Shown here piece after piece: positions 26,690-39,370 of a DNA stretch of 64,000 nt; within the stretch, counting starts at the first letter, position 1; every line of letters begins with the position of its first letter. Made by a program: the position numbers and the translations under genes. The DNA is from Lama guanicoe. Its lineage: Eukaryota. Under the pieces are notes generated by a model. It saw nothing but the letters and a program-made list of their open reading frames with translations, did not search any database and had not been told where the DNA came from. The stretch is taken from assembly GCA_013239625.1 (NCBI GenBank), contig MU053810.1, positions 1,311,320 to 1,375,319 on the forward strand. Direction: 5' to 3'.

Positions 26690-28689
26690 TATTTATTGAA
26701 GTATAGTCAGTTTACAATGTTGTGTCAGTTTCTGGTGTACAGAATAATGCTGCAGTCATCCATAGACATATATATATTCATTTTCATATTCTTTTTACCA
26801 TAGGTTACTATAAGATAGTGAATATATTTCCCTGTGTTATATACTATGAACTGGTTGTGTATAGATTATACATATATGAGTTAGTATCTGCAAATCTCAA
26901 ACTCCTAATTTAGCCATCCTACCCCGTCCCCCTCACTGGTAACTATAAGTTTGTTTTCTATGTCTGTGAGTCTGTTTCTGTTTTATATATAGGTTTATCT
27001 TTTTTTTAAGATACCACATATAAGTGATATCATATGGTATTTTTCTTTCTCTTTCTGGCTTACTTCACTTAGAATGACATTCTTCAGTCCATCCATATTG
27101 CTGCAAATGGCATTATTTTATTATTTTTAGTTGCTGAGTAGTATTCCGTTGTATAAATATGCCACAAATTCTTTATCCAGTCATCTTCAGTGGACATTTA
27201 GGTTGTTTATGTATCTTGGCTATTGTAAATAATGCTGCCGTGAATATTAGGGTGCATGTATCTTTTTGAACTAAGGTTCCCTCTGGATATATGCCCAAGA
27301 GTGGGATTGCTGAATCTTATGGTAAGTCTCTTTTTAGTCTTTTGTGGAATCTCCATACTGTTTTCCATAATGGCTGCACTAAGCTACATTCCTAGCCACA
27401 GTGTAGGAGGGGTCCCTTTTCTCCACACCCTCTCCAGCATTTCTCTTTTGCAGACTTTTGAATGATGGCCATTCTGACTGGTGTGAGGTGATACCTCACT
27501 GTAGTTTTGATTTGCATTTCTCTGATAATTAGTGATACTGAGCATTTTTTCATGTGCCTATTTGTCATTTGTATGTCTTCATTGGAGAATTGCTTACTTA
27601 GGTCTTCTGCCTATTTTTGGATCGGATTGTTTGTCTTTTTCTTACTAAGTTGTATGAACAATTTATATATTCTGGAGATTAAGCCCTTGTGTATCTCATC
27701 CTTTGCAAATATGTTCTCCCATTCCATAGATTGTCTTTTTGTTTTGCTTATGGTTTCCTTTGCTGTGCAAAAGCTTATAAGTTAATTAGGTCCCATTTGC
27801 TTCTTTTTGCTTTTATTTCGATTGCCTTGGTAGACTGCCCTGGGAGAACATTGCTACAATTTATGTCAGAGAATGTTTTGCCTATGTTTTCTTTTAAGAG
27901 GTTTATTGTATCTTGTCTTATGGTTACCAAGTCTTTAAGTCATTTTGAGTTTATTTTTGTGTATGGTGTGAGGGAGTGTTCTAACTTCACTGATTTACAT
28001 GCAGCTGTCCAGTTATCCTAAGACTATTTGCTAAAGCGATCGTCTTTACTGCATTGTATGTTCTTGCCTCCCTTGTCAAAGATTAATTGACCAAAAGGTT
28101 GTGGGTTTATTTCTGCACTCTCTGTTCTTTTCCACTGATCTATGTGTCTGTTTTTGTACCAATACTGTGCTGTTTTGATGACTGTAGCTCTGTAGTATTG
28201 TCTGACATCTGGGAGGGTCATTCCTCCAGCTTCATTCTTTTTCTTCAGTGTTACCTTGGCAATTCTTGGTCTTTTGTGATTCTATATAAACTTTAGAATT
28301 AATTGTTCTAGTTCTGTGAAAAATGTGCCGGGTAATTTGATAGGGATCACATTAAATCTGTAGATTGCTTTGGGTAGTATGGACATTTTAACAACATTAA
28401 TTCTTCCCATCTAGGACCATGGATATCTTTACATTTCTCTAAGTCATCTCTAATTTCCTTAGTCAATGTTTTGTAGTTCCCTGCTTATATGTCTTTCACT
28501 TCCTTGGTCAGATTTTTTCCTAAGTATTTTATTTTTTCTGGATGCAATTTTAAAAGGGATTGTCCTTTTATTTTCCTTTTCTGATGTTTCATTGTTGGTG
28601 TAAATAAATGCAACCGATTTCTGTATGTTACTCTTGTGTCCTTCTACCTTGCTGAATTCTTTTATCAGCTCTAGTAGTTTTTGCATGGA
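26690..28689 (-). mobile_element. ~2-kb 5'-truncated L1 (disrupted ORF2 RT/C-terminal part plus 3' UTR), antisense
   Basis: Minus-strand ORF pieces KLLELIKEFSKVEGHKSNIQKSVAF and [29 protein letters not shown]...[13 protein letters not shown] are L1 ORF2p motifs, broken by stops and frameshifts. Confidence 0.96.
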
Positions 28690-29120
28690 AAAAAATTTTT
28701 AAAAGCTGTATTTTGTTGCATAATAAGTTTAAACATAATTAAAGGCTTTACAGTTTAAAATATATTAAATTAAGATAAAAACTTATTGGAAAGAGAAATC
28801 ATAATAGTATTTAAGGAAGAAAAGGAACAATTAAAAATTCTAGCTATTAAAGACAAACTTTTTCACATATTTTTTGTTGGAAGATGATGTGTATCCAATC
28901 ACCATAGTATTTACATTTCAATGTCTACATTTAAAAGAATGGTCTAAGCGGTTTATTTATAGTAGCCTGGGGAGTGTATTCTTTGCAAGTGCTTAAAGTT
29001 AAAATAAAAAAAAATTAACTTTGACTTAAAATGAAAGGGACTGCAGGGTTTTTCAAAAACGTTTGGGGAAATGTGTGAGCAAAACTTTTGAAGACCATTG
29101 TCCTGGAAAATAAAGGTCAT

Positions 29121-29296
29121 CCCAGTCTATGTATAGCACAGGGAAATATACACAAAATGTTATGATAACTCGCAGAGAAAAAAATGTGACAATGAGTGTG
29201 TATATGTCCATGAATGACTGAAAAATTGTGCTGAACACTGGAATTTGACACAACATTGTAAAATGATTATAAATCAATAAAAAATGTTAAAAAAAA
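29121..29296 (+). mobile_element. Young 176-bp 5'-truncated L1 with 15-bp TSD
   Basis: L1 tail tgtatagcacaggg...aaatcaataaaaaatgtt(A)n flanked by GAAAATAAAGGTCAT at 29106-29120 and 29297-29311. Confidence 0.93.
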
Positions 29297-29811
29297 GAAA
29301 ATAAAGGTCATGTTTTCCATACTTCTTAATGATTAGTTACAAATTCAAACCTGACATTGTAGGAGCTATTTGAATAATATATTCAATGAAGGATGGATGA
29401 ATGAATATAAATGGAAAGTTCTGAAATTTTAAGGAAAAGCATCTGTACTTTTAAATATGTTCTTAAATTATTGAGATGAACAAATGACCTCACCATAACC
29501 CAGACTACCAACCACAAAGGAACTGCTGGATACTTTCTATATAGTCAGTGAGAAGTATATTGTGCTTCTTATACTAAAAAGAAATTGCTCTCCAGTCTGT
29601 AGGACAGAATGAATACAAAAAAAGAAAAAAAAATCACTCATTAAAGAAACTCTACTACAATGACAGAAGAGGGTGCTCTTAAACTAGGAATCTTGTAAAC
29701 TGTCTCAAATCCTCAACCTTAGGCTTGAAGTGAAGAGGAAATGCAGTTCCTATCTCTACAAAGCCACTATTTAAAATAAAGTTCAGCTTATAAACATTCT
29801 CCTTTCCCCAC

Positions 29812-29812
<1 letters not shown>

Positions 29813-29907
<95 letters not shown>
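29813..29907 (+). repeat. Uninterrupted poly(A), 95 nt
   Basis: Counted 8+60+27 A. Confidence 0.95.
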
Positions 29908-29909
<2 letters not shown>

Positions 29910-30254
29910 AAAACGTCAAGAAAAAAGAAACATGAAGCCAAGAAGAAAGTACTCCAAGATCCCAACTCCAAACTGAATTAAATATTGTCAGAAAAACAAA
30001 TTTAGAGATATGGGGAAAAAAAATCTTAATAGAGAAATTCAAAGTCTAAATCAAATAAGAATTGATTGAACTCAGGAAAAAAATAAAGAAAAAAGAAAAA
30101 CTAAATTATAATTTTCCCAAAGGAGGATATATTCAAATTAAATTTATTAAGGAATTGTGAGCCAAGGTGGGAAAATAACCAAGGGAAGGAAAATATAAAA
30201 TAAAAAGAGTCAAGAAGAAAGCAGTTGAAATGGAAGATAAAGAACATGCATATA

Positions 30255-30471
30255 CAGCTGGCCCTTGAACAACATGGGTTTGAATTGCATGAGTCCACTT
30301 ATGTGCAGCTTTTTTCCAATAAAGATGTACCACAGTCCTATACAATTCATGGCTGATTAAATTCCTGGTGTGGAATCTCAGATCCGAAGGGCCAACTGTA
30401 AAGTTATACACTGACTTTCAAGTGTGCAGGGGTTGGCACCTCTAAAACCGAAGTTGTTCAAGAGTCAGCTG
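30255..30471. mobile_element. Tc1/mariner Tigger-type MITE (Tigger2/MER8-like)
   Basis: Terminal inverted repeats cagctggcccttgaacaac ... gttgttcaagagtcagctg. TA at the left flank, GA at the right. Confidence 0.85.
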
Positions 30472-30923
30472 GATTTTCAGTCCCTAAAGAGGAAAACAAA
30501 ATAATGGAACATAATTAATATTTAAAAATATAATCCAGGAAAACTTTCAGAAATGAAAGAAGACCTGAATTTACTTAATGAAAGGGCCAACAGTTACCTG
30601 GGAAATTTGACACAAACCCAACAACTCTAATATATATTTAAGTAAAAATATTAGGCTTTAAACCAAAGAAAAATATCCTCGTAGCCTCTAGAGGAAAAGA
30701 CCAAATAATAAGGACAAGGGATCAGTCAAGCATTTAACTTCAGAAAGCAGAGAGACACAAAAACATTGTGATTTTCTCCAGAGTTGTAAAAAAAAAATAG
30801 TCTTTGACAAAATTCAATATCCAGTCCTGATTTTTAAAAAAGCACTAAGGAAAATATGAATTGTTGCTTCCTTAATATGATAAAATATAAATTCCTTATT
30901 CCTAACTTCAGCATCTTAATAGA

Positions 30924-31453
30924 TATTACCTAACACAGGTTTGGCTGCTCACCACTCCAAAGCCAATAATTGAGAGGCAAGTGTCAGTAGAAAGGAAAGA
31001 TGCTTTAATCAGAAAAGCTGGCAATTTGGGAAGAAGGTGGACTCATGTCTGAGATGAACTCTGAGGGTTCTGCTCAGCCATGACAGTTTTTAAAGGGAAA
31101 AAGCTAGGGAAGAATCTCATTGAGTCATTGAGGCAGGAGGTTGGGTTCTGCATCATTCTCCATTGCATGAAGACTGTCTGACTCCTTCTTCAGATATTAT
31201 CTCGCCCATGTGATCTGCCTGTAGGATTGCTAAGGAATCTGTTTGGGGGAGAGAGTTAGTAATTCGTATTCTTGCTTCTTTTTATCTGGGGAAAGAATCA
31301 ACAAGTTAGACAAGGCGTGGTGTGCATTCAGGAGAGTGTAAGTCAGGAGTTAGTTTAAATTGCTTAATGATTTCATTCCTAGAAATAGGTTCTTTCACAG
31401 TTAGAGGGGGACAGAAATGGGCAGACAGGAAAGGGGCAAAAGATCTGCTTTCA
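30924..31453 (-). mobile_element. ERV1-class solo LTR (530 bp) with 4-bp TSD
   Basis: Minus strand starts TGAAAG and ends GGTAATA (decayed from ...CA). ATTAAA signal near the 3' end. TAGA duplicated at 30920-30923 and 31454-31457. Confidence 0.8.
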
Positions 31454-33249
31454 TAGAGACTCACAAAAGGCATTTCCATTAAGATGTTAGGAACAAGGCA
31501 AATATGACCACGGTCTTCACTGACACTGTATGGGAGGCAGTAGGCAGTACAATTTGACCAAAACCAAACCAAAACAAAACAAAACAAAAGAAGCATAAGA
31601 ATTAGGAAGTAAGTTAAATTATCATAATAGTTTATCTGCAAAGCCCTAGAAAATTAATCATAAATATTCATTCAAAAATCAGAAACAATTCAGTAATTAA
31701 GGCTAGAGGGTATAGAATTATTATTCAAAATGCAATAGTTTACATACACAAACGAAACTCAAGAAGAAAATGAAATAGGAGACCCTATGAACAACAAAAA
31801 CAGAAAAATAAAATTAAAATAAAAACAAAAGCAAGCCTATAGGATAAAAACAGTCCCAAAAGACTTGAACAAGTAGAAAAACATTTTGTTTTCTGGGTAG
31901 CTGACTCAACATCTGAAGAACTTTAGTTCTCCCTAGGTTAATTTGTACATGTAACACAACCTCTACAAAAATACTCCCAAGCTTTTTGTGGGCGTAAACA
32001 ATTTGATATGAAAGTTCATATGGAAAAATAAACATGGAAAGGAAAACTAGTTAAACATTGAAAAAGAGAAGCTGTAAGTGGTTAAGTAGCCCTACTAGTA
32101 CAAACAGAATAAAGCCCTCATTATTAAAATAATACGGCACAGGAACTTGAATAGACATTATAGATATTTCTCACTAACAGACCAGAGCAAAAGGTCCCAA
32201 TTGCATATGGAAATTTAATAAACATAAAGATGGCATCTGAAATCACTTGATAGGATGGACTTGCAATCAGTGGCAACTAGATAGCTATCTGGAAAAAGAT
32301 AAAAAATTAGAACCATGCCTCACACCATACACACATAAAAATAAACTTCAGGTAGATCAGAATTCAAAGTGAAACCATCCACATACTTGTGTAATACATG
32401 ATGAATTTCTCTATACTCTACATGTCCAAATGCAATCAAATATAATACTGAGAAATTTGACCACATAAAAATTTGGTTAAAGAGAATCTTTTGCACGGCA
32501 CAAAAAATACCATATGCAACATCAAAAGGCACATGGCGATCTGAGTGAAAATGCCTGTATCATATATCTCAGAAAAAGGATAAACACCACTAATACTTAA
32601 AGAACTATTTAAAATATGGGGAAAAGCCCAAGCATCATATTAAAAATTGGACAACGATCAGTTCAAAAATATATAAAATTGTACTTAAATGTATGAAAAA
32701 AAATTCAGCTTCATTCATGAGATAAAGATGAATTAAAACTGTACTAAGATGCTATTTCCCGCCTCTCTAATTAGCAACGTATTCTGTTGGTAAGGATGTG
32801 AAGAAACAAGCATTTTGCTAGTGGAAATGCAAATTGATACACTTTTTATGGAAATGAATTTGGCAATATCTAACAAAACTGCATGTTCATTTACTTTTTG
32901 AACCTAACACTTCTAGAATTTATACTGTTGGCACAGCTTCAACACTATGAGAATGCATGCCCACAAGGTTACTCGCTGTAAGCATTTTTATAGTTTTAAA
33001 ATATTGGAAACCACTTAAATGCACATAAATAAGAAAATGGCTAAATAACCTATGGTCCATCCATACAACAGAGTATAATTGGAATATGGAGCAGTGAGAA
33101 ATGTCCCTTCGGCCAGATGTGGGGCAAGCTAAAGAAAAGTGAAAATATGTGGTTATAGTTTCTAGAACTACTCTAGAGCTTTTCTTTCATTTGAATTGAA
33201 TGTTAAAAATCTGAGGTGTGGTGTTGTCACATGTCAGGCACCTCTTAAG

Positions 33250-33420
33250 TGTTTGGCATGCCACTGGCCTTCACATAAACCTATAGGGCAGATGATATAG
33301 TGTCTAATTTGGCAGGTAAGGAGATGAGGCCATGAAATTAAGTAATTTTCTGAAAGATTGTGGTGGCATTCAGATTTAAATGGTAGCCCTCAGTCTTCTG
33401 GCCAGTACTTCTGCCCTCCT
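33250..33420 (-). mobile_element. MIR, antisense
   Basis: cttcacataaacctatagggcag...caggtaaggagatgaggcc...attaagtaattttctgaa. Confidence 0.55.
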
Positions 33421-34599
33421 GAGTTACCAACCCTCATGGTGTGTTGCCTCTTTGGAGATTTGACTGGGTGGCTTGTGATTCTATGATTGCAAAGTTCCAA
33501 GTACAGATTTGAACCAAATGCCTGAAGAAAGTCTAGAACTAAGCTTTATTTGCGCTCGGCTGTTTTCTGTTCATTAACACACCATGTAGTTCCATTCTTA
33601 TGAGTGTTCATATTGTCCCTTTTTGACTGTTTTACACTTGCTCAGCTTGACTACCTGAAAAACTCCAGATTCATCTTTTATGTCCCAGCTCATAGAGAAG
33701 TTCCTCTCTGTATCCCTAAACCCACATGCATATGAGCCATATCCTGTATGCAGTGTACAAAAGAGGACAGAAAAGAAAAAAAAGGACAGAGTTGTGACCC
33801 TAAAACCAGTTAAACCTGAATTTGGGCATGAACTCCATTCACCACTTAATTAACTCCATGACTTTGAATAAATCACCTACCCTTTTTCTAAGGGGGGAGG
33901 AGAAAAATGAACATTCGTTAAAAAGTCAAAATTCTCTGCCTTGATGGAGCTATGAGTTGAAAAGAACTTCTGTACTGCTGCAATGTATGATTCATAATTG
34001 TTTTATTTACTTAAGAACACTTTTTAAAATGTATCTAAGTGGGAAGCACTAGTAATCTGTTTGTCGATTTCTTATTTAACATCATTGAAATTATCTCCAT
34101 AGCAACCAACAATGGTTCTTTACTGGTAGAATACAGAACAAATTATCAAAATTTAAGATCATGGCCTGTTATTTTTTCAAATGTAGCACTCAAGTGTTAA
34201 ACGCTAACATGTTTGTAATAACATTTGAAGGCTTTGTTGATGAAAATTATTTCAAAGTTTTAAGAAGTCAGTTTAAAGAAGAGGGCATTCCTTTGTGTAG
34301 TACATTTAAGAGGCCGTGTAGTTGTGTTTTTTTCGTATCCAACATGGGGAAGAGACAAGTTTATGAGAAAATACAAATTACCAAATTTGACCCAGGAAGA
34401 GGTATTAAAGTTGAGTAGATTGAATGACATAGTAGAATTTTGAAAGTCAAAGATGTAGTCCCTGTCTTCCAAAAATTTGAGTGTGTATGTCTGTTTAAAA
34501 AACTGAAAGTATTTTTCCATAAAGCCAGGGATAAGGGGGAAAAAATCTACAGCCACTGAGATTATGCTGTTTGCTCAACAGGTTTTAGCCAAAGGAACA

Positions 34600-36420
34600 A
34601 GCAAAAAGAAGTAAGAGATAAGCATATTGAAAAAGAAGAAACACAAATACTGTTGCAAATATTCACGGCCTAGGAAATTCAAGCAAATTAACTGTGGCAC
34701 TATTAGAATAATAATAATAAAAAAAAAGGGTCCAGCAAGGTAGATGGATACAAGATAAATACGCAAGACTAAGTAAATTTCCTTTTCACCAGTAAGAACA
34801 ATACTTGAACAAGATAGTTAGAAAAGAGCTCCATTCTGAAATAGCAGTGTTATTATACATTCAGGCCTATACTTAACAGTAAATGTTTAAGACCCTCATA
34901 AAAAAAAACTGAAGTCTCAGATGAAGAATAACTCAAAGACTTGATGAAATGGATAAGAAAAAAGTGAATGAACTTACTTTCTAGAATTAGCAATATTTAA
35001 TAGTGCACACGTGACAATTAGCAAAGGGCATTTTTAGTGTTTTAGATGTTTGTTTTTGAAATAGACCAGTGGATCTTAATGTTCACCCTGAAAAATAAGT
35101 ATAATATTTAAAGACAAAATGAAAGATTGGTATTTGCTGTACTTGGTATCAAAGCTTGCTATAAAGTCATGGTAGTAAATATTGTTGAGCTTGGACAGAA
35201 ATAAACAAATAGACTATTGGAGCAAAAGGAGGAGCCTACACAAAGTTTGGTGTAGCTATGTGAAATTAATCTAAAATTGGTAGAATTTCAAGTTGGTGAG
35301 AATGGATGGGTTGGACGTGTAATAATTGGAATTAGAACAATTTGTTAGCCATTTATTTAAAATATAAATGGTCATGGACATTATGCCCAAGGAATTAATC
35401 CCAGATTTATTGAAAGTATAAACAGGGAAAACATAAAAATTCTTACAGAAAATATACAACAAGGGAATATTTTAAAATCTTGAAGACTCAAAGTCATTTG
35501 TAAGCTTCCTAGCAGCCATAAAGAAAAGATGAACAGGTTTGGACATTTGACCACATGGATGGTTCCTAAACTGAAATAAATCTGCAGTAATGGTGAAAGA
35601 CACCATAATTTTTTTTAGAAAAACCCACAATAACAGGCCACAAGAAAGATATACAATATATGCTATAGATAGGGACTAGCTATACCATATGTGGTGTTCT
35701 CTCAAAGCAATAAAAATTGTGCCATAAATGATAGACAAAGATTATTTGCCAAAGAAGGAATATAAATGGTCAACCCATATCTGAAAAATATCAGCTTTCT
35801 TTAATAAATAAGGGCAAAGTTAAAGCTTTGAAATCTTGGTTTAACCTGTCAAGGTGACTAAATAAAAAATTTAGTAATATCTGTTTTTTTGTGACAATGT
35901 AGAAACACTGGCCCTCTTTTACACAGATTATGGGAATGTAACCTGTATACTTAGAAAAATAAACTTTTAGGAGAGGTAAAGTGCAGTGTGCATTCGAGAT
36001 TTTTAATATTCACAGTCTTAAACTCAGCCACCTCAATCCTAAGGAGCTAGCCTGCTGGAATATTAACAAGAAATACACAGATAAATGTGATGATATGAGG
36101 ATTTTGCAGTACTATTTTGAAAACAAATTTAAATGTTCAAAACAGTGTATTGGGGTATTATATAATAATTTTTCAAATGGAAGTATAATTCCTGACATAG
36201 AAAAGTATCTGTATTGTTAGGAGAAAAATGCGACTTTCAAAATAACATGCACATTAAAATCCGATGCGAGGGAGAAAGTGTGTGAAACATATGTATGTGA
36301 AAATGAAAAACTAGTCTAGCAGCAAACACGTCACAGTTTTTGGAGTTGTGAGTGACCTCGTTAGAAGAAGATTGGCTCTGGGAGAAAGGGCAATTTCGTA
36401 TTTTCATTTCCGCATTTTTA
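34600..36420 (+). mobile_element. Highly decayed L1M (L1ME-like) ORF2 and 3' remnants
   Basis: ggatacaagataaatacgcaa; tatcaaagcttgctataaagtcatggtag...ggacagaaataaacaaatagac; aaagaaggaatataaatggtcaac. Confidence 0.6.
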
Positions 36421-38919
36421 TTTAACAAGAGCTGCTTTTGTAGCTTAGAAGTGCATGTTTCAAAAAAAAATCTTAAGAATGGTTACAATATTTAAAAGAT
36501 AAAAACACCTCTTACAGTAAAAGGCAGAGCCAACTGGCTACCTTTTAACAGCATCTCCGAAATGAAATGGGCCTGCCTCTCGGTTTTCCTCCCCTGTTGT
36601 CAGAAAGCATTACACACTTTCTGCCTCGTGCAGAATCAGACAAGCCAGGCAGACCAGGAATGCGATTGAAGATGAAGCAAATAGCCTCTCTCACCAAGCC
36701 TCCCTCCCCGCCTCCTTCCCAGAGCTGGATTCCTCTCCGATCGCACATGCCCAGATCATCAGGAAAATCAAAAGCACAGGAATGCCTAGTTTTCCTTCTC
36801 TCCCTCTTTCCCAGAAAGAAAGCCTCGTGATGTGTTTGTGCACTTAACTGTCCAGTTGTTTTCAGACTGCCCATGCCAGCCGTAAGCTTTCGCGGCTGAA
36901 AACTGCACAGCTTTGACCATTTGATGTCAGTGCCTCTTGAATGACCCGTTGACTCATCTAGGGAGGGCACCCTCCGAGGAAGGACACGGCCCAGATTCCG
37001 TTCACTGGTATTGCTGACAGCGATTTGTGATCCAGAAATTTTCCAAAGTCTCTGGTATGACCTGACTGTTAAGTAGATATTTCTCTTCTCCTGGAAGAAA
37101 AGTGGTGGGTTATTTCTGGGGCAGCATCTAATGCCAAAGGACTGGCTTGAAAAGAGAGAACAAGAGATAACTGTCTATATTATAAAGATCAGGAACTCGA
37201 AAAAGCTCACTGCTTCACCAGTCCTAAAATAGCTGCGCCAGAAGATGTTCTCTTTTCATCTACAGTTTTCACTTGATCACTTTTCCTAGTCTGTGCACAA
37301 CGGAACTTGAATGGGGTGGCTGCTGATTGGAAATGACATCCTTTCTTTCTTTGCCGTGGTTGATGTGTGTGTATGTGTTCAATGCACTCTATTGAATGGG
37401 GGAGAGAGCCCAGCAGAGGCGCTCGGAGACCTGAGCTTCGGAGAATGCTGACAGAAAGTCATTCCTCAGTCTGAATTTCACAATTTCCCAAACCAGGCTC
37501 CCTAGTGGCGCTGGAGCCGCGGGCCATCCAGCTCTGCCCTGATCTTACGTAGCTTTTCTTCCTGCTCAGCCAGCAGGAGTTGAACTATGTCGGAGGAGAC
37601 TCTTTTGTGCCGTTGCTAGGTGGCTGATCTGTGCTTTACAGAAGCACAATCCAGCAAATGAGGTAGAACTTTTTGAACTTATCCCTCTTCCTAGTGCAGT
37701 GTTGACAGATCTGAGTAGTTCGGTGCATTTTAATTTTGAAACCCCCTTGGGACTTTTCTTGTTGTCTGAAAGCCCTAGATTGTGTTTGTCATTGCCTTAA
37801 TCTGCTGTCCATCTGTGACTCTGAGATGTAGGGCATTGCTCTGCATTCTTCATAGAAAGACTTTGTTTTATTTTCTTCTTTTCACCAGGAGGAAGAATGG
37901 GGTGATGGAAATTGTTTGTCTCCAAGTTTAGGATTAAATTATGACCACTCATGATCAGTGGCTAGATTTTAGATAAACTATAAGGCTGTAGGTCCACATT
38001 ATCCTCCTGTTTACTGTGTATTGAAAGATAAAGGGTTGTGGGAGTCAGATATAGGAAAACTAGAAAAAGTAACACACAATATGGAAAAATGATTTTATGC
38101 AAAGTATGATAGTGTTGGCAGAACTCCTTACCTTGTCATTCATTCCTCATGTGGGCAATGACTGACCGCACAAATGCATCGGAGGCAGCAAAAAAAAAGA
38201 TAAAAGGAGGGAACATGGATTTAGATATTGAATAAAGAGAAGTGCATCCCTTTGAATTTATTGCTCGGGGATCCAGAAGAGAAACACAGAAGATCACTTC
38301 ACAGCAAAGCTTTTGTTTTAGTGTCACCACTATCTGATGATGTAGGGGACTAAAGTGGCATGCTTTCTGAATATGTATGGGGAGTTCTCATTTTGGAATA
38401 AGAGTACTTTCTAATAATCCCATTTCTCATTTTGTAGATAAAAGCTGAAAAGCACTATTTTCTTCTCAGAATGTTAGAATGCAAATATGTTTAGTTTGAA
38501 TAAAGACTTCAAATAGAAAATAAGGCTTTACATAGATTATTCTTTTTGTTGAAATTAAAAATCATAAGAAATTTTTCTGTAGCAATGTAAATTATAATGT
38601 GTTGTCTTTTCCTGTTAGTTGTGGTTTTTATGATGTGAAGTGAATACAAGTTATATACCTGAAAAGGAATATATTGATAAATGGTATATAATATATCCTT
38701 TTATGGCATATTTTTTCACTAGGCTATATCACCATACAGAACAAATACATATCCACACTGACAAGTATTTTGCCTCAGTTTCCTTATTTGTTTTATGGTA
38801 AAACATCACAATATATAAAACGTAGTCATTTGTTGAACGTCAAGTATATGAAATATTGTGACATGCAAGAGAAGGAAGAATGGACTTAGAAGATCTGCTT
38901 TGATCACACTTAATAATTA

Positions 38920-39370
38920 TGTACAGTATTAGCCGGGGACCCAACAGAAAAGGTAATTCACCCCAGATGGCTAAAATAGCAACACTTTCAAGAACTCTTA
39001 CTTTAATGAAGGTTTGGGCAAGGTAAAGAAACAAGAGGCCAGCACAAGTAGAAGGCCTAAACTGAGGGGACAAGGAGGAGGTCATGGACACCCAGTTCCC
39101 AGTGACAGCTGGAACTGGGGGGGAGGGGACCTCATAGAGGGAGTGATCACTGGGGAAGCACCTGCCCTGGCAGAGGAGCTGGAGGAAACCTACAAGTCAA
39201 ACATATCCACGTTCCCTCTTCTCCCATCCTCCAGACTCTAGCTCCTGTCTCCCATTGGCTAGACGCAGCGGAAAACCAGCAAGGGAACACAGATAAAGAT
39301 GTAATGCGTAGGGCTTCTCCCAGGCCCCAGATGAGGGCAGAGAAGGGAGTGACCAGCAGAGAGACCTTGG
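38920..39370 (-). mobile_element. Ancient ERVL LTR (LTR33-family-like)
   Basis: gggacccaacagaaaaggtaattcacccc...ctcctgtctcccattggctag...ggaaaaccagcaaggga. Similar in layout to 14980-15400. Confidence 0.5.

Larger units (their letters stand above)
29910..33080 (+). mobile_element. Ancient fragmented L1M (ORF1/ORF2 remnants) interrupted by a MITE and an LTR
   Basis: A-rich L1-like phrases: ataatccaggaaaactttcagaaatgaaagaagacctgaattt; tctttgacaaaattcaatatcca; ttggtaaggatgtgaagaaacaagca; tatggtccatccatacaacagagta. Confidence 0.75.

Noticed and set aside
28024..28686. Reverse-transcriptase-related ORFs as an active gene
   Set aside because: Short, frame-broken fragments of a 5'-truncated L1 ORF2.
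29783..30042. Poly-Phe ORFs
   Set aside because: Translation of the A95 tract on the minus strand.
36545..36970. 141-aa minus-strand ORF (and similar 130-150 aa ORFs at 4149, 10683, 42941, 49535)
   Set aside because: No recognisable domains or splice context. Lengths are compatible with chance, and the one at 49535 lies largely in an LTR.
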